DNA of 64,000 bases from Entomortierella parvispora E1425. Taxonomy: Eukaryota; Fungi; Mortierellomycota. The stretch covers positions 1,550,001 through 1,614,000 of the forward strand of contig BQFW01000005.1 in the NCBI GenBank assembly GCA_020891255.1, read 5' to 3'. Both the position numbers and the translations under genes were made by a program. The stretch's first letter is position 1. Every line of letters starts with the position of its first letter. Below, piece after piece: positions 37,740-49,170 of this stretch. The notes below the pieces were generated by a model. That model saw only the letters and a program-made list of their open reading frames with translations, was not told the DNA's origin and ran no database searches.

Positions 37740-38760
37740 GATGGGGCAGTGTCAATGAGGTGGTGGGGGATGACTGGGCGGGAAGAGTAATGGAATGGGA
37801 CGAATTAAAGAAAGGGCAGGGCGGCAACACACACAAGAGAGGGCAGGGTCAGGGGTCGTGAGCTGCGAATGCTGAAGAGAACGAGAGAAGAGAAAGTGGG
37901 CCCATGCGTGGACAGCAAAGGACATGACATGCTCACTCAGGGACGGTACAAGTACGTCACGTGCCTTCATCATGCGGATCGCGTATGAGTGGGGTTTTTT
38001 TATCTTTTTCTCTCTCGGCTTGGAAACAACCATGCAGCTCGCCATTGGACACTGCAATCTCCCGTACTGAAACATGAATATTTGAACTATCGTCTTCCGC
38101 TCTAGACTTTGGATACTCCCATTCCTGTGGCAATGCACGCGCTTTCAACTTTCCACCTGGATGTCGAAAGGAAAAACAAAAAAGCCAACTCAAATCCGTA
38201 CCGTCAGGCTTCGTAAACATGCCTGGTGAAGAACCACCACGCCTCTTGCAGCAGTTGCAGCGGTGACAGCCAGTAAGCACGTCTAATATTGACAGCAACG
38301 AGGAGCAGCAGAGTCTTGCAGGGTACTACTGAAATGTTAGAAAATAAAAGTCAGACAACGCGTCTGAGTGCGCTCGAGGAAGAGTCTTTGTTTCTACCTT
38401 TGCGTGCAGCGAAAACATCGATCAAACCTCATTGGTCTTCTGTAGCCAGGGCAGGTCACGGTGATAAAAAAATGACATGCGATGAACATTGTAACCTTCT
38501 TCTTCTCTCCGAATCAGTCTCGGGTTGCAATATTGATGCCGAAGGATCAATATTGCTGGAGGAAAAAAAAGTCATACTATAAATTGACAGGTTCCAAGGT
38601 GTCCGAGACTCGATCTCCACTGGCCGATACATATCACGACACAATGCCTTTTGTGCCACGCCCATCTCAAAAACCCGACTTTGAGACGCGCCCTTATCAC
38701 TCGGTATGGGAGCGCTGACGGCGCATCTTTTGCAACGCAAGCTTCCCGTGGTCCATACAC

Positions 38761-39722
38761 TTGACGGCGGCCCAAAAATCACTTTACTTGGGGACCCAAC
38801 GACGTGGATACCTTTGCGGATCGACGCATAATAAGTACAAAAGTAGTTTTATAGATATATATTTATTGGAGGCCATGCTGGCTCACTCATACGGCACCAT
38901 TGTTTTGGATGACCTCCCTCTCTACAGAGAACTAGACAGGACGACATGCGGCAAGGTCTTTGAGACATCTGCGCCCCTCATGGCAACTTGCAGGCGCATT
39001 GATCCAGTCCTATGGTGCACGTGCGTTTGAGGACCCTCACGAGAGAACCCACTGTCGGCCATTATGCTGTGGTATCGGTGATGGACGAGAACATCAGAAA
39101 AATCATCATTGCCAGCGACAAATGGCAGGCTCTGGTGACATCTTCCGTCTTGCTGGACACAGGGGAAGTGGTGGTGGGACTACATTCCAAGGGTTTTACC
39201 CCATATAGCCGCTCCAAAGTGTGGATTCGTGCCAATATCAATGACAATATTGTCGTGGAGCGACACCTGCGCTCCAAGTTTCATGATGCAAAGACGTTTT
39301 TGAAGTGTGCCGGGGTCTTTCACCTTTTTCAAAGGCACTCCTTCTTGCCAGTAACCCTGGCAACTCTCTTTAAACATCTTGTTTCGAGCTCTCCCAGTGG
39401 GGCTAAGTCGTTGGCCCACTTGTTCTACACGTTGTACGATTTAAGCAAGGCTATGGTCGCGGAGGCGATCGCGGCCCTCCCACCCCGTCATCGCGCAATC
39501 ACAGAATTGACTGCCCTCTTGGAGAAGGTCTCAGGGGCAGAAGAAGAACAGGACCGCGTCCTGGTAACTCTGCAGATGAGTCATCACCTCCGGGCACTTG
39601 CTGTGTTTCTGCCTACGACGATCACAGAAATCAACCATTCAGCAGTGCAGACGGCCCTGCAGAAAAGGATAGGGAAGATCCCCAGCCAGATAATTCCTAT
39701 CAACTCTGACCTAGTCTTTTGA
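38761..39722 (+). pseudogene. Orphan coding region split by an apparent frameshift near 39010 (pseudogene or unrecognised gene)
   Basis: An 89-aa ORF overlaps a 236-aa ORF in another frame. Both read as globular protein sequence, but I recognised no motif. Confidence 0.35.
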
Positions 39723-40711
39723 ATCCTACCCAACTTATTACATGAAGGTGAAAAGACAACCAACTGTAGTTTCATCACAGCACTCCGAAGTCCAAGGTCG
39801 CCACCCCCACGTCTTTTCCCCGGCTTTTTTTTTTTTTTTTTTTTTTGTCAACAGAGTTTTCAAAGAAGAACTTCGAGCGGAAGAGGGATGGCCTGATCAG
39901 TCTCCCCTCACAAACGAACCTCATCTAGAAGTCGGTACTTCCACCTCAGTTAGTGTCGATCAACATCCTGCAGCACATCCTCTTCACAAGTGAGGAATTC
40001 CCGTGTTCCCACAAGTTGATGTCCCGAGATGTTGTCCTCCTGGTCCTAAGTTAACGATTATGATGATTCTCATTCTTTCAGCTAGCAAGGGTGAGGGACC
40101 TGTAAATTACCCCCGTAGCTTGTTTTCCACATTATTCTGCAATAACAAACACTTGGCATCTATCTGTCTATGTGCAGAGCTTCTGTGCCCAAGAGAATCA
40201 AAAAGTGACTCTCTCCGGAAATCGGCTTTTTTCTTATAAAAAAAAAAAAAAAAAAAAAAAATGAACACGAACCATGGGAGGTAATACCACTCAGCAATCC
40301 TCTCAACTATTGGCATGGAGAGGTAGTAACATCTTCGTCGAGGCTTCCTTGTGCTCAGCAACAGAAGAGCACGCAAGGAAACGCGAGCTGCCGAGTAAAA
40401 AAAAAAAGGTACGAAAAAATGTATGAGAGAGTGATTTTTTCCTACTTTCGTTCTTGTTTGTGAATTACGATGAAGATACACGTCGGTAGTGGCTCCTTGA
40501 TCAAAAAAAAAGAAGTGCTTAGTGGTGATGCAGAAGAATGGGTTGTTGACGACGGTGGTTGAGTGATGAAATGGACTATGGAACTATGGAACTATGGAGT
40601 TGAAGAAACTTAAAAAGTGCCACTGCTGGTTCAGCGGTGGCTTGTATTGCCAAGGGAAATAACGATTCTTTATTTCCACGCACAGTGGAGTGTCATCACA
40701 TCGCCCTCCTC

Positions 40712-40740
40712 CGCATCATCTCGCATCATCTCGCATCATC
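40712..40740. repeat. 10-bp tandem repeat (TCGCATCATC x3) in the SRP72 leader
   Basis: cgcatcatc-tcgcatcatc-tcgcatcatc read directly from the sequence. Confidence 0.8.
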
Positions 40741-40765
40741 AACCCTTTCCCCATCCCAATCCAAC

Positions 40766-43100
40766 ATGTCCCACATCCAACAGCTCTTTGGTGAGCTCGA
40801 GCGCCATGTCAAGCGGGAGGAACACGAAAAAGTCCTTACAATCAGCGACAAGAGTAATGAAAATTGATCACCATCATCCTTCAATCTTTAATGAATGTTC
40901 GATAGTCATGCTGACGATCGCCCTTGTCTCTTCATGTTTGTAGTCTTGGCGCTGGACCCCAAGGATAAAGACGCCTTGCACTGCAAAGCCATCACTTTGA
41001 TCCGACTCGAGCGCTACACCGACGTCTTGTCTCTTTTGAACCGCCAGCTCCAAGGCCAGTTCGTGTTTGAGAAGGCGTACTGTTTGTACAGGACCAATCA
41101 GCTCACGGATGGCGCCCTCTTGATCGAGAACAGGCGCAAGGAGCTTTTGAGCCAGGGCGAGCCACTTCCTTGGGACTTGCGTCACCTTGAAGCTCAGATG
41201 CTTTACAGAATGGAAAAGTACCAGGAGTGCATTGCCCTTTACGCAGGAATGCTCCGGGACACGGATCAAAACGACGAAGGATACAACGACATCTTGACAA
41301 ACTTCAATGCGTGCAAGGCTGCCGTCCTCTACTCGGGAGAGCGTCTTGATGATAAGGTATTGTATACCTTTTGAGCATCAATTGAAAGAGATTTCACGAG
41401 AAGTTATAGAGAGGCGTGTTACTAACGCGACTTGTGAATAATAGTGGAAGATCCAGGATGTGACCAAGACCACCTACGAGCTTAGCTTCAACTCTGCTTG
41501 CGCCAGAATCGCCACCGGTGAGTACACTCAAGCCTTGTCGCTTTTGGAGGAAGCCACGTTGCTTTGCAGAGAGGCACTTTCGGATTATGACGAGGATGAG
41601 GTTGAGCAGGAAATGGCAATCATTGTCGTTCAGACTGCCTATGTCTACCAGCTCCTTGGACGCTTGGACAAGGCTCGCGAGTTGTACAACTCTGTCCTCA
41701 AGATCAAGTAAGTAGCAACCTTCCAGTCGACGGAATTGTGCTGTAATATCTCGAGGTTCTTTACTTATCACTGTGCTATTGTATTGTCTAGGGCGTTGGA
41801 GGTTACCGTTCCCGCTGTTGCGGCCAACAATTTGGTGGCCATTCAGAAGGAGGAGGATCTCTTTGATTCCTCAAAGAAGATCAAGACGGCCACTACAAAG
41901 GCGCTCGGCGTGAAGTTCTTCTCTTCTCAGAAGCGAACCATTGCCATGAACGAGCTTTTGCTGAACCTGTATCAAAACAAGTTTGCTGCATGCCGTGACT
42001 CTACCCGCCAGCTTCTCAAGTCTCAGCCCGATAACGATGCTCTCTACTTGATCTTGGCGGCTACTATGCACAAGCAGAAGAAGACTGCGAAAGCATTGGA
42101 GGAGCTCTTGGAGTTTGCTCAGACCCGCCCAGAGTCGATCGCAATCCAGTTTGCCATCATTCAGTTGAGGTTGCTGGACGGACAAGATTACACTGCCGCC
42201 ATCGAGTCTTTGGCTCGGTTCTTGAAGGGTTTGCCCAAGAAGGAGCAGCACCGTCCCGGTTTCGTGGCATTGTTGGTGTGGCTCTATGGCCAGGCTGGTC
42301 AAGGAGAGAAGGGTGCTGAGCTGTTGACCGAGGCTAGTGCTCAATGGGCCAAGGATAACAATGAGTCCACCATGCCTTTGGCTCTTCTGAGACAGACTGC
42401 TGCGTTCAAGTTGCGATCCCACCGCTACAAGGATGCAGCCAAGGATTACGAGGAGTTGGTTCGAGCCGATCCTTCGGATCCTTCAAGTATCGCAGGCCTG
42501 ATTATGGCCTATTCTGAATTCGAGCCTGCCTTGGCTGAGAAGTACGGCGCGTCTCTTCCCGAGATGAGAAAGGACTTGATGAAGGCCCTTGACGTGGAGT
42601 CTCTGGAGAAGGTTGTTCCCGGACTGAAGCGAGAGTATGTTTCAGTTGAAAACATGGGACGTAGAGCCGATGGTGCTGTCGGGTCAAGTGCGTCAGTCAG
42701 AGGACCCGGGTCTAGACCCCGTAGGTCAGGAGCACGCAAGCCTACGAAGAGAAAGCCCATTCTGCCTATTGGTATGGACCCTGCAGCCTATCCAGGCTCA
42801 CCAGACCCCGAGAGATGGTTGTCGAAGCGCGATCGCGCCGCAGCTCGTTTGGCGCGCGCTCGCAAGACTGGTGGAGGATCCAAGAAGGATATGGGCAAGG
42901 GAGCCCAAGGCATGACACTGGAGGGCGGCGGAGTGGGGGGTACTGGAAGTGCTCGTATCGCAGGCAGAGAGTTGCCAGCTGCACCTGTGCGTGAAGCACC
43001 AGCTGTAGTCGAGGAGGTGGTGGATGTGGCGGCGATCGCCAAGGCCAAAAGCTCTAGCAGCAGCAAGAAGAAGAAAGGCAAGGGCAAGGGTAAATGGTAG
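40766..43100 (+). CDS. SRP72: Signal recognition particle subunit SRP72
   Basis: N-terminal TPRs (ALHCKAITLIRLERY, FEKAYCLYRTN, HLEAQMLYRMEKY, YELSFNSAC), the SRP-RNA-binding PDPERWLSKRDR, GAQG, and a basic KKKKGKGKGKW tail. Confidence 0.95.
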
Positions 43101-43256
43101 TAGACCTCGTGCAAAATCATTGTCCAGGTGGACAAAGAATAAATAAACGGATGAATTTAATTTCCCACATGGCAAGAGACCTGGCGCCCAGGGGAGATCC
43201 AGACGACACAGGAACGATGATGATCCAGCGTCTCTGTGAGGCTGGATAAAAGGGGG

Positions 43257-43432
43257 CCAATCCGCGCATGCGAGCCCCACGCGCGATTGGCTGCAGACCA
43301 CATAGGACTCGAAATGAAACGAGACTGGCGTGTGGACGGGCCAATCACGCGCTGGATTCAGCCACAGCCAGGGTCCCCTTGGGCTCATGCCCCGTCGTGG
43401 CGCCAATGAGCTGCAGATCACACCCCGCCAAT
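43257..43432. promoter_or_regulatory. Five CCAAT boxes in ~175 bp upstream of the ADAM gene
   Basis: CCAAT at 43257, 43341, 43403 and 43428, plus ATTGG at 43286. GC-rich context with CACGCG/GCGCATGCG. Confidence 0.5.
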
Positions 43433-43707
43433 GGCGGCTGCTTCGGGCACCGTGCGGGCGAGCCAGCAGTCAGTCGTCGCCAGAGGGGACATCCGTTCTC
43501 CCGGATGTTTTTCTTCTGTCTTCTACTTCTTCAAAGTGCAATGTTTCTCGGCCTTCTCTTTCCTCATTATTTCTGTCTTACTTGCACATTCACATCCACA
43601 CTCCTGCGCTTGCCCTTCTTTATTCTGTCATACCAACCCTCTACCCCTATACCCCCATTCCCCCCCGATTCCCTCAAGACGAGTTAATTTTTTTTTTCAC
43701 TGAAGTC

Positions 43708-46700
43708 ATGACTGTTCGTGCTAGCTTTTGTTTGCTGGCTGTTCTCGCCATGCTGTCTCTCTCGAGTACCACATCCGCCCACTCACCAGCATGGCCTTCA
43801 ATTGCATACTCAGAGACCATCCAATCTCTGCACCATGATATTCTCCCTCGCTCTCTGCTTTCCTCAAGCAGCAGCCACATCTCTGTGTTGAGCAAACGCA
43901 GTGAACGGGCTCCCTCAAAAGCGATAAACATCGTACAAAGGGGCGACCGTGTCCGACTCGAATTCTCGGCTTTCAATTCTACTTTTTTTCTCCATCTGGA
44001 GCCCAATAACGACTTGGTTCACCCAAACCTGGATCTCTCTGGTCATGAAGACCTGAGCTCTGTTCAAGATATCAAGGCGTTCAAAGGATTCGTCGTCCAA
44101 GACGAAGACACTTCCCTTCGCAAGTGGAACCGAGATCTTACCACATCTGCTGCAGAGGGGGCATCCCACACATACGAGCACAGGCTTTACGAGGAAGGCG
44201 TTCTAGGCTGGGCTCGTATGATGATTGAGCATGACGCCAACAGGTAAGTGAACCTCCCCCCTCCAAAAAAAAGTCTTCAATTGCCAATCTCTTTCTAATG
44301 AGTACTGACTAACCTTTCTCTTTTCTAGTGACAAAATGGTCTTGCGTGGTGCTTTCACCGACGGCTCAACCACCTATCATGTCACCTCTCGACAACACTA
44401 TCATGTTCAGAAGCGCTCAGACGATCACTCCCCTTCAAGTTCAGCCCCTGCAGACGGGGAGCTGGTCATCTACAGAGACTCGGATATTTTCAAGCACAAA
44501 CTCAAACAGGGCGATCACGATGAACCTCTCTCAACATGCGGCTCCACCGGGCCATCCTATGCATCTCCAGAACAACACCACGGGTACTATTACCCACCTG
44601 ATTTGACAGCACCTGTGCCGATGGGAGGTGCAGGGAGTGTCTTTGAGATGGGGATGCCCTTCCGGAAACGAGACGATGTCACGGTGAAAGTGGCTGGACC
44701 AAACCCAGTACCCACAGGATGCCCTGCCTCCAGGATGGTCAACTACATGGGTGTTGCAGCGGATTGCGTCTATGTCCGATCCTATGGCGGTCTTGAAAAT
44801 GCTCGCAAACAGATTTTGGCCGACTTCAACACCGCTTCTGCCATCTACGAGTCCACATTCAATGTGGCCTTGGGGCTCAATGCACTTCAGATCGAGTCCA
44901 TGAACTGCCCAACTATTCCCGTCCAAGATACTTTCTGGAATCAGGAGTGCACCAACAATTACACCATCACTGACCGTCTGAGTGACTTTTCCTACTGGCG
45001 CGGCCAGGATGGTAGGAGCACGGACGGAAACGGACTGTGGCATTTGGTGACTGGTTGCAATTCTGGATCCATTATCGGTATAGCATGGACACAAGCTCTG
45101 TGCCAGACCACTGCCATCGCCCAAGGATCACAATATACTGCCGGCGTCGCCGTGTCCTCGATCTCTCCAAATTCGTGGATGGTGGTCGCCCACGAAGTTG
45201 GACATGGTTTCGGAGCTAACCACGATTGCACAGCCAGCACTTGTGTTTCTGCGGCTGCCATTCAAGCGGCTGCCTGCTGCCCCCTGTCTGGGACCCAGTG
45301 TAATGCCGGTGACCATTATATCATGAACCCAGCCGAGCAGACTGCGACATCGATCTTCTCTCCCTGCAGTATTAATGCTATTTGTAGCAACATTGGTTCG
45401 CCTTCTGGATCTTGTTTGCAACCCGCTGGAGCCAAGGTTACCCAGTCTTTGAGCCTCAATGTCTGCGGTAACGGTATTAAGGAAGCGGGAGAGCAATGTG
45501 ATTGTGGCTCTCCAGACGAGTGCGCCAAGGACCCTTGCTGCGACGGCACAACCTGCACGTTTAAGGGCAATGCTGTCTGCGATGATCTCAACGATGATTG
45601 CTGCAACAACTGTCAGCTCGCCCCCGCAGGCATGGTTTGCCGATCTGCCATCTCGGACTGCGACATTGCCGAGACGTGCTCCGGCAACTCAACGACTTGT
45701 CCTCCAGATGTCCGTATCCCCAACTTGACAAGTTGCCAGATCCTTGCTGTTGGTGCCAACAACCGGACTGTGGTTCAGGGACAGGGTCAGTGCGCCAATG
45801 GCATTTGCACTTCTCGCGACTTGCAATGTGCCCAACAGGATCGACCAGGCATCACAGGGCAATGCACCGCTATGAAGTCAGGATGCGCGATGCTCTGTAA
45901 TGACCCCTCTGGTGCTGCCAACTCTTGTATGCAGATCCCAGGTGTCAACTTTGTTGATGGCTCACCTTGTGGCAACTCCAACGAGGGCATGTGTGTGAAC
46001 GGGGACTGCGTCCTTCCTGGAGGCTGGGCAAGAAACAATCTCCAGATCCTGATCCCAGTGATCTGTGCAATCGTGGTCATTTGTGGAGGTGGTGTCGGGC
46101 TAGGCATCTTTTGTCATCGTCGCATGGCCAAGAAGAGAGTGTTGTTGGGCAAGATCAAGGAGCAGTCTCTGGGTTTGCCCGAACCTTCGACTGGCAAGGA
46201 TGGCAAGGAGGGTGCAGATGTTCCTCGCTGGATGGTCACAGAAAACCGTCGCCAGTCGGCCACAGGCTTGTCGACTTCGGCCGCGACCCTAATGTCCAGA
46301 AGGCCGTCCTCTTCCCAAGCAATCTCCCGAAGGACCTCTCTCTCGGCCCAACATATCCTTGGACAAGAGGACGACGCAGGAACCAGCCAAGGCATCGATC
46401 TCTCCAACACGAGCGCGGCTCAGCAGCAGCTCTATTATCAGTACTGTCAGGCTCAGGCTCAAGCCCAAGGTCAGACAGCGGGAGAGACCCAAGAGCCGGT
46501 GCTCGTTCCACCTCAAAATGTTCATGCTTACCCATACACGTACATGACCCAACATCGGTTGGAGCACGAGCACAACTCGCCTTTCCTCTACCAGTTGGAA
46601 TCACCACCCTTGCCGGGATTACAATCACCTGCCCCGGCTTACTCTCCTTTCGGAGGTGAAGGACAAGCGGGCCGCTTCCCTGATGCTGAATACCACAGCG

Positions 46701-46741
46701 ACCAACAAAATCGCCCCGGACATCCCCAATCTCAACAATAA
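43708..46741 (+). CDS. ADAM-family (disintegrin and metalloprotease) type I membrane protease; 1 intron (~44244-44328)
   Basis: Signal peptide, prodomain with LSTCG cysteine-switch-like motif, zinc motif HEVGHGFGANHD, Met-turn YIMNP, disintegrin CGNGIKEAGEQCDCG...CRSAISDCDIAETC, Cys-rich domain, TM segment (ILIPVICAIVVICGGGVGLGIF) and cytoplasmic tail. Confidence 0.95.
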
Positions 46742-46841
46742 GATCCATCTCCATTTTTCACTCGTAGATACATTGCTCTGTACATTTTCAATAACAAGCT
46801 TTGTTGCACTTTTATTTATGGAATTGTCAGAGTCTCCAGGT

Positions 46842-47743
46842 TCACTCCACAGCGACAGAATTGAATGGATGGAAATACTCCCATTCGCCCTCCTTCCATA
46901 CATCCAAAGCCGCAATTGTTTTCACGACCTTGGTAATGGGAGACTTTTCATCAATCGTCACGTCCATCTTTTCCAGGACTCGGACCCAGTTCACCAGGAC
47001 GAGATCGGCCAGAGAGATCTTGTCTCCGATGTAATGACCATTGTTTCCGTTCTTGTTCAACCAGCGTTCATGGCAAGCCAAAAACTGGGGCCAGAGCTTT
47101 GAAAAGGCAGACTCAGGATCCTTGGAGACCTCTGCCAACTTGCTACTGAAGCAATGCGTCATCAACTCGAGGTAGATATTGAGGCCAATGGATTTGATCG
47201 TCGCGGCCTCGGAGGGCGAGGAGCCTAGGAAGCCAAACTTCTCGGCAAGATAGTGCTACGATGGGATGTAGACGGTCAAGGGATAGAAACGTCAATTGAA
47301 AGCGAAAGGTATCGGATGGTGATACAGTACTCCCTTTTTTTTTATGGGGCACTCTTGACGTTCAAAAAGAGTACAGGAGTGAGGGGGGGGGGGGTCTTTT
47401 TTTTTTTACCTCAATGGCAATGGCTTCACCCAGCTCAAAGGTCGTTCCGTCAGCACGATGTTCGATGAGGACAGGGACGTGGCCAAAAGGATAATCGGCC
47501 CTATTGGCAGCGACATCTGGCATCGTGACGAATTCATTCTTGTACTTTGCTCCAGCCAAGTGGAGCAGCATGCGAGTAAGACCTTTCAAAGAAGCAAAGT
47601 TGTTGTTTTCGGTCAGTTGTGTCAACTCAATTGACAAGTCACAAAGGAGAGAGAGAAAGCAGAGAAGTTTTACCAGAACGGCCATGCAAGGGCATGTACT
47701 TGACGACATAGGTCGAGTCATCTTTTGTCTGAGGAATAGACAT
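46842..47743 (-). CDS. Glutathione S-transferase (sigma/Tyr-type-like), multi-exon
   Basis: Spliced MSIPQTKDDSTYVVKYMPLHGRSG-LTRMLLHLAG, PFGHVPVL, LGEAIAI..RYLAEKFGFLG, and C-domain GHYIGDKISLADL. Confidence 0.88.
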
Positions 47744-48540
47744 TGTCGGTGTTTTGAAATTGCCGTGAGAGAAATATAAATGGGAAGTAAGTGAGAACAG
47801 GAGAGGGATGTGAGAAGAAAAAAAGGGTTGGCAAGTGAGTGGAGAAGCACTGCGAACGGGCCCTCTTTTAAAACGTGTTCATTTGGAGGCAATGGACGGC
47901 AAACGAGCGCCGTTGGAAAAAACAAAAAAACACAAAACAAAAAAAGACTGTCCTCTCCGCAGTTGAAGCTCACGCTGGCCATGGTCCAGTAGAAATCCAC
48001 AGACTTATGCTAGTTGTCGCATTATGGAGGATGAAGCGTGAACGGCGCGTATGGGTGACCACTGTCCAATCAGTGGCAAAGGACGTGTAGCTCTCCCAAA
48101 GAATATAGCGCGTGGCACGACGGCTTTGCAGCACTCTAGACTGGAAAAGATCCCACCCTCCTACACCCCACCCACCCTCTCAATCTCCCACTTTCCCTTC
48201 GTCCTCCACTCCCATTCGTGTCGAGATAGTACTTTTGGTTTCAATAGCGACGGCGGACACCTGTCTTTTTGAGAGAGCCTATGCCCTGCTTTTACACTGG
48301 GCTGAAATCGTCGAGGGAGGAAACCAAGAAAATAAATCTGAGGATTCAGTCACGTGGTAATTGATTCTGATTCTGAGCTGAGCTCAGAATCGACAGCGCG
48401 ACTTTGGATGCACCAGCGATCATTGACTGGTCAGGAGGGTCTGACAGTGGACGAGTGAGTGCACTCCTGACAGGGCCTTGCCAACGGACAAATGGCGCGT
48501 TGTTGCAGATGGACGGTCCTGAAGCAAAGTGATCGATAGG

Positions 48541-48703
48541 GATGGTGAGGAGAGGAGAGGAGAGGAGAAAGAGATGAGCAGGGAAGGTAGAAAGATAGAG
48601 AGAGATGGAGAGAGAGAGAGAGATAGACAGATAGAGAGAAGAGAGAGAAGAGAGAGTAAAAGACGAAGCATGGAAACTTGGAAACAAAAGAAGGCAAAGA
48701 ACC

Positions 48704-48734
<31 letters not shown>

Positions 48735-48825
48735 GCGTCCCCCCCCGCCTCCGCCACACAGGGACTGCATGCATCCATTCATCCCGCTCGCACTCCCCAC
48801 AGACACACACACACACACACACACC
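48541..48825. repeat. Microsatellite block: (GA)n, A28 and (CA)n in the GST/Med12 divergent intergenic region
   Basis: Imperfect GA/GGAGA runs at ~48545-48655, 28 consecutive A at 48704-48731, and (CA)n at ~48801-48822. Confidence 0.9.
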
Positions 48826-49170
48826 ACATACATCTCATCCTCCCCCATCCATCTCATCCCATCTCTCAAACACATCCTCCCACCCTTCTTCTGACTGGTG
48901 TCATTCCCCTTCTTTCTTCCTCTCGCATTACCCGGAATCTGCCCGTCCATCGCTGCTTTCCATCACACTGTGCTGTCTTCTGCATGTCCATCAGTTTCAA
49001 AGTTAACGGCCCGGTGTCCTTATCTTGATCGCCCCTTTCATCAGGCCGTGCGGACCAGCCTCAGCAGACGGTTCATCATCTCCCCGTCATCCGCCTACTG
49101 CCATCGCCATCCATAGTCCACCCCCACAACTTATCTCCTCTCGCGATCAGACCCCATCCATCACTGCATA

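Noticed and set aside
19203-46741. Apparent secretory/metal-homeostasis cluster (X325, V-ATPase a, golgin, Bsd2, SRP72, ADAM)
   Set aside because: These categories are large in any fungal genome, unrelated genes are interspersed, and I saw no shared motif; chance is sufficient.
48346-49116. Cluster of overlapping ORFs rich in F/K/S/L/H/T
   Set aside because: Artefacts of the GA, CA and poly-A microsatellites.
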